In this document: positions 8,738 through 20,232 of the stretch, one piece after another | Numbering within the stretch: position 1 is the stretch's first letter | Layout: each line of letters opens with the position of its first letter | Source: Actinomycetota bacterium | GTDB taxonomy: Bacteria; Actinomycetota; Nitriliruptoria; Nitriliruptorales; Nitriliruptoraceae | Reading direction: 5' to 3' | Assembly: GCA_019348135.1 (NCBI GenBank) | Contig: JAHWJY010000001.1 | Coordinates: 17,973-81,972 of the forward strand | DNA: 64,000 nucleotides | Position numbers and translations under genes: made by a program | Notes under the pieces: model-generated | The model's input: only the letters and a program-made list of their open reading frames with translations | Database searches by the model: none | What the model was told of the DNA's origin: nothing

Positions 8738-9433
8738 TCAGCGCTCGGAGGGCTCGCGATCGGTCGCCGCGTCGGCCCCCATCGTGTTCGCGGGGTAGAG
8801 CCGGCGCAGGTTGCCGGTGTCGTCGTCACGGATCAGGTGCGTCATGATCCGCTGGGTCTCGTACAGGGCCCGGTCGATCGCCCGGGCGGCGTCGTCGGGC
8901 CGGTCCATCTGCAGCGAGGCCTTGGCGATCACGAGGGCCTGTGCGACGTTGTCGGACAGCTCGAGCGCGGACTCGAACTGGATCCGGCTCGCGACGATGC
9001 GCGTCAGCGCCAGGGAGATGTGGTTCGCCAGCCGCCGTGCCGTCGGGAGCAGCGACGCCACCGGCGGGTGCTCCGTGCCGGACCAGGACAGTCCCAGGAA
9101 GTGCCGGGCGACCTCGGCGCTCTCCACCGGCAGCCGCAGCGAGACCGCGATCCCGGCCCGCTCCATCCACTCGCGCACCGCACCGGTGGCCTCGTCGCGG
9201 ACGTAGAGCTGCGTCTCGGCGGCCCGGATGCTGGCCCCGACCTCCGGCATGTCCGCGAACACCTTCAGGGTCGGCATCCGGTCCTCGGGGTACCGGGCGA
9301 CCAGGTAGGCCTGGTGGTCGTCGTACCACCACAGCGACGCCGCGTCGGTCTGCAGGACGCCGGCGGTCATCTCGACCAGGGACGCCGCGGTCGCCTGGAC
9401 GTGCTGGTCGTTGGGGTCGTAGCGCTCGCTCAC
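8738..9433 (-). CDS. GAF-domain protein with a degenerate HisKA_3-like helical tail (no phospho-His, no ATPase domain)
   Basis: AGGAGG RBS 5 nt before GTG at 9433 (VSERYDP...). The C-terminal ELSDNVAQALVIAKASLQMD resembles the ELHDxxxQxL H-box, but with Ser in place of His. Confidence 0.6.
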   Translation of the reverse strand: MSERYDPNDQHVQATAASLVEMTAGVLQTDAASLWWYDDHQAYLVARYPEDRMPTLKVFADMPEVGASIRAAETQLYVRDEATGAVREWMERAGIAVSLRLPVESAEVARHFLGLSWSGTEHPPVASLLPTARRLANHISLALTRIVASRIQFESALELSDNVAQALVIAKASLQMDRPDDAARAIDRALYETQRIMTHLIRDDDTGNLRRLYPANTMGADAATDREPSER

Positions 9434-9498
9434 CCGCACCTCCTGGGGAGAGCATCCGCTCGCCCGACGGTCGGCCAGCGGCGGAGTGTACGCGCGGG

Positions 9499-10983
9499 TC
9501 AGGGATCGAGGGGCCCGTCGAGGGAAGTCGCTCCCGCGGGCCGCTCCGCCTGGTCGGGGGTGCCGGCATCGGGGGCGCGCTCGCCGGACGTCAGGCGGAC
9601 CAGCGGCCCGTCGGCGAAGAGCCCCGCCGGTAGCTCCACGCCGATGGCCCGCCAGACGGCCGGCGGGATGCCGATGTCGGCGACGTAGAGGTCGCCGGCG
9701 TAGGGGTGGACGATCCGTTCGGCCAGCCCGCGGGCCGGCGCCCCCAGGGTGACCGTCACGTCCGCGGCGACGCACATGCCCCGGAGGCCCTCGTCGGCCC
9801 CGACGCCGCTCGGCAGGTCGAGCGAGACCACGGGGACGTCGTGGCGACGTAGCCACGTGGCCACCACCTCGGGCACGCCGCGCAGCGGGGGCGTCGCCCC
9901 GATGCCCAGCATCGCGTCGATCACGGCGTCGCCAGGGAGGAGGTCGTCGAGCGCCACCTCGCCGGCGCGGACCACCCGCACGCCCGCCAGCTCGAGCGTG
10001 CGCAGCTGGTCCGGCAGGCGCGGGTCGCCCGTCAGGAGCACCGCCACCTCCGCCCCCGCCGCCGCGAGCAACCGCGCCGCGGCGAGCCCACCCGCCCCGT
10101 TCCCGCCGGGACCGGCGGCGATCGTGACCGCCGCGCCGGCGATGCTCCGGTCCAGCAGTAGCTGGGTGGCCGTCGTGAGCGCCCGGCCGGCGTGCTCGAC
10201 GAGCGACGCCAGCGGCAGCCCCGCCGCGGCCAGGCGCCGGTCGACCTCCCGCATCGTCCCCGCCGAGACGTGCGGGACCTCCTCCTGCGGGCGCTCGGGC
10301 AGGCCGCCCAGGCGGGCCCGACGCTGCCACGCCGGCATGTGCTCCCAGGGACGGACCGCGAGCTCCTCCCCGAGGCCCTCCGGCCGGGTCCCCCCGGACC
10401 ACCTCTCCACGGCGACGTCGAGGAGCAGGGCCACGACCATCGCGGTCGCGCCCCACAGGAGGTCGCCGTCGAGCTGCCACGCCCAGGACGAACCGCGCAG
10501 CGACAGCGGCACCTGGCGCCAGCGGTCGCGTTCGAGGAGCTGGGCCAGGGGGACGCGCAGGACCTCGTCGACCTCCCACGGGTTGCAGTCGAGCTGGTGC
10601 GGCTGGCGCCACCGGGCGACCACCGGTGCCACCCAGAACCGCGACGGCGGGATGTAGAAGACCGGGCCCACGCCGAGCACCTCGACCGAGGCCGCGTCGA
10701 GCCCGATCTCCTCCTGCGCCTCCCGCAGCGCCGCCTCCTCGATCGTCTCGTCGGCGTCGAGGCGTCCGCCGGCGAACGACACCTGTCCGGGGTGGGAGCG
10801 GAGGTCGGCACGCCGGCGGGTCAGCACCAGCCCCGGCCCGTCGGCGGTCTGCTCGAGCAGCACGAGCACGGCGCCCACCCGTGCGTCGGCGGGCGGGGTG
10901 CGCTGCTCGGTGGTGACGCCGGCGAGCGCCTCCTCGAGGCGGGACCAGAAGGTCTCGCCGGCGAGGCGCGGGTCGGTGCTCAC
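9499..10983 (-). CDS. Nudix (CoA-pyrophosphatase-like) - YjeF_N (NAD(P)HX epimerase-like) fusion protein
   Basis: GTG at 10983 overlaps the ppx stop (GTGA). Nudix box: GQVSFAGGRLDADETIEEAALREAQEEIGL, preceded by LVLTRRRADLRSHPG. The C-terminal half has GPGGNGAGG and the DAMLGIG...LDLPSG motifs of YjeF_N. Confidence 0.75.
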   Translation of the reverse strand: MSTDPRLAGETFWSRLEEALAGVTTEQRTPPADARVGAVLVLLEQTADGPGLVLTRRRADLRSHPGQVSFAGGRLDADETIEEAALREAQEEIGLDAASVEVLGVGPVFYIPPSRFWVAPVVARWRQPHQLDCNPWEVDEVLRVPLAQLLERDRWRQVPLSLRGSSWAWQLDGDLLWGATAMVVALLLDVAVERWSGGTRPEGLGEELAVRPWEHMPAWQRRARLGGLPERPQEEVPHVSAGTMREVDRRLAAAGLPLASLVEHAGRALTTATQLLLDRSIAGAAVTIAAGPGGNGAGGLAAARLLAAAGAEVAVLLTGDPRLPDQLRTLELAGVRVVRAGEVALDDLLPGDAVIDAMLGIGATPPLRGVPEVVATWLRRHDVPVVSLDLPSGVGADEGLRGMCVAADVTVTLGAPARGLAERIVHPYAGDLYVADIGIPPAVWRAIGVELPAGLFADGPLVRLTSGERAPDAGTPDQAERPAGATSLDGPLDP

Positions 10984-11936
10984 GTGCCGGCCTCCTCCGT
11001 TCGGTCGAGCGCGGACAGCGCCAGGCCGTCGAGGATGTCGGCCTCGCTGACCACCAGCGCCCCGAACCCGTAGCGCTCGACGACGGCGGCGGCGATGCGC
11101 GCCCCGGCCGCGATGACGTCCTCGCGACCGGCCTGCACGACCGGCGACGCCGCGATACGGGCCGTGGTCATCCCGGTGAGGCGGTCGGCCCAGGAGCGGA
11201 GCTCGCCGGCCTCGAGCCGACGGTCGTGGACGCAGCCGTCGACGTACCGCTCGAGCCCGGCGGCGAGGGCCGCGAGCGTGGTGACGGTGCCGGCGACGCC
11301 GACGAGCGTGGTCGCGTCGGTCGCGGCGCAGCCCCGCCCGGCCAGGCCGAGGTCGAGCTCGTCCAGCCGCTGCGCGATCTCGGCGTCGGCCGCCGCGACC
11401 TCGGCGGGCGTGGGCGGGTCGCCGGCGAGGTGGCGCTCGGTCAACCGGACCGAGCCGAGCTGGAGGGAGACCGCGCCGGCCACCCCGCCGTCCCCGTCGC
11501 CCACGATCAGCTCGGTGGAGCCACCGCCGATGTCCAGCACGGCGAGGGGTCGGGGCGCGTCGGACCCGGCGAGCACCCCGCGGTAGGCCGTCGCCGCCTC
11601 CTCGTCGCCGGTCAGCACCTCGGCCTCCACGCCCGTACGCACCCGGACGCCGGCGAAGAAGCGGTCGCGGTCGGCGGCGTCCCGGACGGCCGACGTGGCC
11701 GCGATGCGGACGTCGCCGGCGTCGACCCCGTGGGCGCGCCACACCGACGCGAAGCGGGCGACCGCGTCGAGCGTCCGTGCGAGCGCGTCCTCGTCGAACC
11801 GGCCGCGCGCGTCGATGGCCGTCCCCAGGCGGGTGATCTCGAGCTCGCGCGCGAGCTCACGCCCGTCGGCGGCCACGACCTTGACCCGCACCGAGTTGGA
11901 GCCGACGTCGACCGCGGCGGCCGGCCGGCGGTTCAC
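10980..11936 (-). CDS. ppx: exopolyphosphatase / Ppx-GppA family phosphatase
   Basis: GTG at 11936 overlaps the DUF501 stop (GTGA). Motifs AAVDVGSNSVRV and LDIGGGSTEL are the Ppx/GppA ATPase-fold signatures. Confidence 0.9.
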   Translation of the reverse strand: MNRRPAAAVDVGSNSVRVKVVAADGRELARELEITRLGTAIDARGRFDEDALARTLDAVARFASVWRAHGVDAGDVRIAATSAVRDAADRDRFFAGVRVRTGVEAEVLTGDEEAATAYRGVLAGSDAPRPLAVLDIGGGSTELIVGDGDGGVAGAVSLQLGSVRLTERHLAGDPPTPAEVAAADAEIAQRLDELDLGLAGRGCAATDATTLVGVAGTVTTLAALAAGLERYVDGCVHDRRLEAGELRSWADRLTGMTTARIAASPVVQAGREDVIAAGARIAAAVVERYGFGALVVSEADILDGLALSALDRTEEAGT

Positions 11937-12517
11937 ACCCGCGCCGACCACGTCTCGACGTCCTCCTCCGACACGCACGGTCCGCTGCACGGCACGGGGC
12001 GGGCGAGTTGCATCGTCAGCTCCCCGACCGGCCCGTCGTTCGTGGCGAGGAAGTGGGCGGCGTGCACGTGCAGGCACTTCACGTAGCGCTCGTTGCCCCC
12101 GGCACGCGGGTCACCCGGCAGCTTCTCCCCGCCCGCGAGGTCGTCCCGGAAGGCGACGTACCGCTCCGTCGCCGCGGCGTGCCCGGCCTGGAAGTCGGCA
12201 TCGGTGTCGAGCCGGTCGTTGACCGCGACCATCTCGTGGGCCGCCTCGAGCCGACCGATCTGCGAGCGCAGCGCCGGACACGTCTGCCAGAACACGGTCG
12301 GGAACGGCGTGCCGTCGTCGAGGCGTGGCGCGACGCGGACCGACGTGGGGAGACCGAACACGCAGCGGTGCACGACCGCGGACTCGCCGCGGGCGGGACG
12401 GCCGAGCTGCGCCGAGACGACGGCGCGGTCCCGGTCCGTGACCGGGCTCGCCGCGGCGGCGCGCTCGTAGGAGGCGTCGGGATCCGGGACGACCGCGTCG
12501 TCCGACGGTGGCGTCAT
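11933..12517 (-). CDS. DUF501 domain protein
   Basis: 194 aa with FPTVFWQTCP and YVKCLHVHAAH motifs. It sits between the S1 protein and ppx, as in other actinobacteria, with 4-nt overlaps on both sides. Confidence 0.75.
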   Translation of the reverse strand: MTPPSDDAVVPDPDASYERAAAASPVTDRDRAVVSAQLGRPARGESAVVHRCVFGLPTSVRVAPRLDDGTPFPTVFWQTCPALRSQIGRLEAAHEMVAVNDRLDTDADFQAGHAAATERYVAFRDDLAGGEKLPGDPRAGGNERYVKCLHVHAAHFLATNDGPVGELTMQLARPVPCSGPCVSEEDVETWSARV

Positions 12518-13005
12518 CGCTCCCGGCCGAGCCGCGCACGGGCCTGCCGGCGTCGCGCGCCCTGGATCATCTGGGACCGGTGCATGAACCGGCGCAGCTT
12601 GCGGTTGAAGTCCTTGTCGATCTGGGACCGCAGCCGCGGCTCCTCGTCGTCCTGCCAGTCCGGGTCGGCGCGCTTGATCGAGAGGTCGACCTTGCCGTCG
12701 GGCTTGACCTCGCGCACCTTGACCTCGACCTCGTCCCCCTCGGCCAGGTAGGCGTAGATGTTGTCGACGAAGTCGGTGTCGACCTCGGAGACGTGGACGA
12801 GGCCGGTCACGGGCTCACCCCCGTCGCCGTTGGGCGGGACCTCGACGAAGGCGCCGTACTCCTCGAGACGGACGACCTTGCCCTGCACGATGCTTCCCTG
12901 CTGAACCAGTGGGATCAACTCCTCGGGTATCGCGGATACGTCCTCCCACCGTAGGAACGACCGCCCCGACCGCACAAGGCGGGACGGTCGGACGTTCGTC
13001 GGCAC
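12514..13005 (-). CDS. S1 RNA-binding domain protein
   Basis: The GSIVQGKVVRLEEYGAFVEV...GLVHVSEV...GDEVEVKVREV S1 fold motif, then a basic tail. The start (GTG 13005) is uncertain. Confidence 0.8.
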   Translation of the reverse strand: MPTNVRPSRLVRSGRSFLRWEDVSAIPEELIPLVQQGSIVQGKVVRLEEYGAFVEVPPNGDGGEPVTGLVHVSEVDTDFVDNIYAYLAEGDEVEVKVREVKPDGKVDLSIKRADPDWQDDEEPRLRSQIDKDFNRKLRRFMHRSQMIQGARRRQARARLGRER

Positions 13006-13011
13006 CGGTCG

Positions 13012-13047
13012 TTGACACGATGTTACGAATTGCCTATGTTTGTAACA
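13012..13047 (+). promoter_or_regulatory. sigma-70-type promoter (TTGACA-17 nt-TATGTT) overlapped by the inverted repeat TGTTAC-N15-GTAACA
   Basis: TTGACA at 13012-13017 and TATGTT at 13035-13040. Inverted-repeat arms at 13021-13026 and 13042-13047. This is a locally AT-rich patch in very GC-rich DNA, 24-59 nt upstream of ATG 13071. Confidence 0.55.
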
Positions 13048-13070
13048 CGACCCACCGCGCAGGAGACCCG

Positions 13071-14192
13071 ATGAGCACCCACCGCTACGCGCTCCCCCTC
13101 GAGGAGACCCGCTGGAACATCCCGGGGGTCGCGTCGACCGTTGCGTTCAACTGGGAGTACGACAGCGGGCGCCAGCGCATGCTCAACCTGTACGAGAAGG
13201 GCAAGGACAAGCAGTGGAACACCCAGACCCGGATCGACTGGTCGCACGAGGTCGACACCTCGAACCAGGAGATGGCCCCGGACGAGATCGTGCCGATCTT
13301 CGGCTCGGCCCCGTGGGAGAAGATGAGCCGCGCCGAGAAGGACGAGGTGCGCCACCACTACGTCGCCTGGACGAACTCCCAGTTCCTCCACGGCGAGCAG
13401 GGTGCCCTCGTCTGCTCCGCGAAGATCGTCGAGACCGTCCCGGACATGGACTCGAAGTTCTACGCCGCGACCCAGACGATGGACGAGGCCCGCCACGTCG
13501 AGACCTACGCGAAGTTCATCAACGAGAAGCTCGACCTCTGCTACCCGATCAACGAGTCGTTGCAGTCGCTGCTGAACCAGACGATCACGGACAAGCGCTG
13601 GGACTTCACCTACCTCGGCATGCAGGTGATGATCGAGGGCGTCGCGCTCGCCGCGTTCTCGATGATCCGCGACTTCACCGGTGACCCCCTCGGCAAGGCC
13701 ATCAACGCCTACGTGATGCAGGACGAGGCACGCCACATCGCGTTCGGTCGGCTGGCCCTGAAGGACGCCTACGCCGACATCACCGAGGCCGAGCGCGCCG
13801 AACGCGAGGAGTTCGTCGTGGAGGCGAGCTACCTCCTGCGCGACCGCTTCCTCGCCAAGGAGGTGTGGGACAACCTCGGCATGGACGGCGACGAGATGGC
13901 GGCCTACGTCGACAAGCACCAGATGATGACCGAGTTCCGCAAGGCGCTGTTCAGCCGCGTCGTGCCGACCGTGAAGGACATCGGGCTGTGGGGCCCCGAG
14001 GTGCAGAAGGCCTACATCGACATGGGCGTGATGCAGTTCCAGGACCTCGACGTCGACGAGCTGTCGGACAACGACGAGCGCATCGCCGAGGAGCTCGAGG
14101 AGCTGCTCGCCCGCCGGAAGGACGAGGGCGTGCTCACCGACGACGGCTCGCGCGCGGCCGCCATGGCCGAGACCATCGCCGCCGGCGAGTAG
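13071..14192 (+). CDS. ferritin-like di-iron carboxylate protein (oxygenase/R2-like superfamily)
   Basis: AGGAG RBS then ATG at 13071. Two EXXH motifs (QTMDEARHVE, VMQDEARHIA) with partner Glu residues (FLHGEQG, MIEGVA). Confidence 0.7.
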   Translation: MSTHRYALPLEETRWNIPGVASTVAFNWEYDSGRQRMLNLYEKGKDKQWNTQTRIDWSHEVDTSNQEMAPDEIVPIFGSAPWEKMSRAEKDEVRHHYVAWTNSQFLHGEQGALVCSAKIVETVPDMDSKFYAATQTMDEARHVETYAKFINEKLDLCYPINESLQSLLNQTITDKRWDFTYLGMQVMIEGVALAAFSMIRDFTGDPLGKAINAYVMQDEARHIAFGRLALKDAYADITEAERAEREEFVVEASYLLRDRFLAKEVWDNLGMDGDEMAAYVDKHQMMTEFRKALFSRVVPTVKDIGLWGPEVQKAYIDMGVMQFQDLDVDELSDNDERIAEELEELLARRKDEGVLTDDGSRAAAMAETIAAGE

Positions 14193-14225
14193 CGTCCCGC
14201 CTCCGGCGAGCACGACGGAGGCGCG

Positions 14226-14999
14226 GTGAAGGTCACGGTCTGCCAGCTGAGCGACGTCGCCTCCGAGCTCGAGGAGCAGTGGGACGCGCTCGCCGCCCAC
14301 TGCCGGCACGAGGCCCCCGACCTCGTCGTGCTGCCCGAGCTCGGGTTCTCGCCCTGGCTCGCGGCGACGGACACCCCCGACCAGGCGGCCTGGGACGACT
14401 CGGTCGCCGTCCATGAGCGCTGGCTCGAGCGGCTGCCCGAGCTCGGCGCCACCGTCGTCGTCGGCTCGGTGCCGATCGTGGACGCCGGCCGCAACCACAA
14501 CGCGGCCTTCGTGTGGACCGCCGACGCCGGGCCCGTGCACGCCCACCGGAAGTACCACCTCCCGGACGAGCCCGGCTTCTCCGAGGCGCGCTGGTACGAG
14601 CGGGGGCCGAAGGAGTTCGTGCCCGTCGACACGCCGGTGGCCAGGCTCGGCTTCCTCCTCTGCACCGAGATGTGGTTCACCGAGCACGCCCGCGCCTACG
14701 CGCGGGCCGGCGTCGAGGTCCTCGCGTCACCGCGGGGGGTGGGACGCGCCTCGCTCGACAAGTGGATCGCCGGCGGGCGCGCCGGCGCGGTGATGTCGGG
14801 CGCCTACGGCGTGTCCTCCAACCGCGGCGGGGTCGACGCGCGCGGGTTCGAGTGGGCCGGGGCGGGGTGGATCATCGAGCCGGAGGAGGGCGAGGTGCTG
14901 GCGCTCACCAGTGACGACGAGCCGTTCGTCACCCGCGACGTCGACCTCGACGTCGCCCGCACCGCGAAGTCCACCTACCCCCGCTACGTCCCCGACTAG
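14226..14999 (+). CDS. carbon-nitrogen hydrolase (nitrilase superfamily)
   Basis: The Glu-Lys-Cys triad context is recognisable: VVLPELGF, HRKYHLP, GFLLCTEMWF. It starts 33 nt after the di-iron gene. Confidence 0.8.
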   Translation: MKVTVCQLSDVASELEEQWDALAAHCRHEAPDLVVLPELGFSPWLAATDTPDQAAWDDSVAVHERWLERLPELGATVVVGSVPIVDAGRNHNAAFVWTADAGPVHAHRKYHLPDEPGFSEARWYERGPKEFVPVDTPVARLGFLLCTEMWFTEHARAYARAGVEVLASPRGVGRASLDKWIAGGRAGAVMSGAYGVSSNRGGVDARGFEWAGAGWIIEPEEGEVLALTSDDEPFVTRDVDLDVARTAKSTYPRYVPD

Positions 15000-15009
15000 A
15001 CCTCACCAC

Positions 15010-15064
15010 CGAACTTGGCCCCCCCGCGTTGATCGGAACGCCAAAGATGTGGGCGCCAAGTTCG
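15010..15064. terminator. 10-bp inverted repeat (CGAACTTGGC...GCCAAGTTCG, 35-nt spacer with an inner GCGTT/AACGC stem) between convergent genes
   Basis: Read directly. It lies between the nitrilase stop (14999) and the ftsB stop (15073). Confidence 0.3.
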
Positions 15065-15072
15065 TCGAGGGG

Positions 15073-15570
15073 TCAGCTGAAGACGGTGGTGACGGCCTCC
15101 CACAGGCGACGGTGCCACGGCACGTCCGGCCGGGCGCCCTGCGGGGCGGTGGTGATCAGCGGCCGCTCGACCTCCGGCGGGACGATGGCGAACGGCACCT
15201 CGCCGGGACGGATCATCCCCTGCTGCTCGCGTGCCAGGAGCTCGATGTTGGCCGGGTCCCGGAGGTCCGCCCGGCGTTGCCGCAGCGACGCGTTCTCGGT
15301 GTCGAGCGCGACGAACTTCGCCTCGAGGGCCTCGACCCGGGCACGCCCGTCGACGTAGCTCTGGAACGGTCCCGACAGCATCACGACGGCGAGCGCGAGC
15401 ACGCCGACGAGGCCGATGACGAACGGTCGGTCGCCGGCGACCGCGGCGGCACCGACACCCCGCGCCGCGTGTGCGGTGTCCTCGACGCGGCGCGCCACGC
15501 GCTGCACGGGCAGGGGGGCGCGCCGTGGGGCGCGTACGGCTCGTACCGGCCTCGTCACGTGGTCCTCCAT
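15073..15570 (-). CDS. ftsB: septum formation initiator family protein (FtsB/DivIC-like)
   Basis: One TM segment (FVIGLVGVLALAVVML) followed by a coiled-coil (VEALEAKFVALDTENASLRQRRADL). It is immediately downstream of eno, as in other actinobacteria. Confidence 0.8.
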   Translation of the reverse strand: MEDHVTRPVRAVRAPRRAPLPVQRVARRVEDTAHAARGVGAAAVAGDRPFVIGLVGVLALAVVMLSGPFQSYVDGRARVEALEAKFVALDTENASLRQRRADLRDPANIELLAREQQGMIRPGEVPFAIVPPEVERPLITTAPQGARPDVPWHRRLWEAVTTVFS

Positions 15571-15573
15571 CGG

Positions 15574-18700
<3,127 letters not shown>

Positions 18701-18701
<1 letters not shown>

Positions 18702-19690
18702 CAGGCGTTCCCGCTGCCGCCACCGACCGTCTCCGGCGGGAGGATCGCCGCCGTCGTGGGGTCCCACGAGCCGAAGCGCGAGCTGATCTCGACCTCGGAC
18801 CGGTCGAGCAGGTCGGTGACGAAGGCGCGGTAGCCCTCCTCGCTGCGACCGCCGGCGAGCTCCTCGCGCAGCTCGGGCTCGACCTCCTCGAAGGAGCGCG
18901 TCTCGAAGCCGTCGAAGCGGATGACGTGGAAGCCGAACTGCGTCTCCACGGGCCCCACGATGTCGCCGGGGGCGGCGTCACGGAGGGGCTCGACGTACCC
19001 GGGATCGAGCGAGTTGACGGGGATGGAGCCGAGCTCGCCGAGGTTGGCCTGTGCGGACGGGTCGATCGACCGCGCCGCCGCCAGCTCGTTGAAGTCCTGG
19101 CCGGACTCGAGGAGGTTGATGACGGCCTGCGCCTCCTCGCGGGTCTCGAGCAGGATGTGGGCGGTCTCGACCTGGTCGTACTGCGACCTCCGCTCCTCGT
19201 AGAGGGCCCGCAGCTCGTCCTCGGAGATCTCGACCTGCTCGTCGAAGGAGGCCTGGAACTTCTCCTGGCGGATGCGCGACGCGAGCTGCTCCCGCGCCTC
19301 CTCCTCCGTCAGGCCGATCTCGTCCAGCAGCGCGAGCAGGGCCTCCTCGCCGCCCTCCTGGAGCGCGATCTCGGTCTGCCAGCGCTCCTCGACCTCGGCG
19401 TCCGTCGCGGTGATGCCGGCCTCGCGGATGGCGCCCTCGAGGAGCTCGCTCTGGATCAGCCCCTGCAGGACCTGCTGCTGGAGGCTGTCGACCTGGGCGA
19501 CCCGCTGGTCCTGGGGGAGCTCGGCGAACTGCGGCGAGGCGAGCTGCCGGCGGACGAGCGCCTCGACCTCGTCGACGCTGATCTCCTCGCCGTTGACCAC
19601 GGCGGCGACGTCGCCGGACACGCCCGAGCATGCGCCCAGGAGGAGCACGCCGACGACGAGGCCAGCGAGACGGAAGGAGCGGTGCGACAC
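18701..19690 (-). CDS. parvulin-type peptidyl-prolyl isomerase lipoprotein (PrsA/SurA-like)
   Basis: Lipobox LLGAC, a SurA-like N-domain and a parvulin motif (FGFHVIRF). The start is GTG 19690 or 19744. Confidence 0.8.
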
Positions 19691-19758
19691 GGCGAGGAGA
19701 CTCCCGGCAGGGAACGGCCCCGGAGTGTAGCCACTCCCCCGCACGCGCCTTTCCCACC

Positions 19759-19771
19759 CGTTCCGAGAACG
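19759..19771. promoter_or_regulatory. palindrome CGTTC-CGA-GAACG 15 nt upstream of the Fur-family gene
   Basis: Read directly. It shares the GAGAACG core with the repeats in the znuA/znuC intergenic region. Confidence 0.35.
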
Positions 19772-19785
19772 CGTACCCTCCCGGC

Positions 19786-20220
19786 ATGGAACGTGAGGGA
19801 CACGCGGAGGTCGAGGACCGGCTCCGGCGGACGCGGCAGCGCTACACCGCCGGCCGCCGGCAGCTCGTCGACGCCCTGGCCGCGTCCGAGCGCCCGCTGA
19901 CCATCCCCGAGCTGCGTGACGGAGGCGTCGACCAGTCGCAGTCGTCCGTCTACCGCAACCTCGCCATCCTCGAGCAGTGCGGGGTCGTGCGCCGGCTGGC
20001 GTCCTCCGACGACACGGCCCGCTTCGAGCTGGCCGAGGACCTCACCGAGCACCACCACCACCTCGTGTGCTCGGACTGCGGCACGATCGAGGACATCGCG
20101 CTGTCCCCGGCCGTGGAGTCCGCGCTCGCCGCCGCCGTCGACGAGGCCCGCTCCCGGCACCGTTTCAGCGCCGACGCGCACCGCTTCGAGCTCGTGGGGT
20201 CGTGCGCGGACTGCGCCTGA
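19786..20220 (+). CDS. zur: Fur-family metalloregulator, probably Zur
   Basis: Winged-helix region (SVYRNLAILEQCGVVRR), HHHHLVCSDCG...SCADCA (two CxxC pairs), and a position adjacent to znuABC-type genes. Confidence 0.75.
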   Translation: MEREGHAEVEDRLRRTRQRYTAGRRQLVDALAASERPLTIPELRDGGVDQSQSSVYRNLAILEQCGVVRRLASSDDTARFELAEDLTEHHHHLVCSDCGTIEDIALSPAVESALAAAVDEARSRHRFSADAHRFELVGSCADCA

Positions 20221-20232
20221 CCGCCGACGCCG

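Noticed and set aside
12946-13005. Shorter internal start for the S1-domain gene (after the GGGAGGA-like sequence near 12950)
   Set aside because: No ATG/GTG/TTG lies at a suitable distance from that RBS-like sequence: the in-frame Val there is GTA, and the TTG is adjacent to GAGGAG with no spacer. I kept the full ORF and flagged the start as uncertain.
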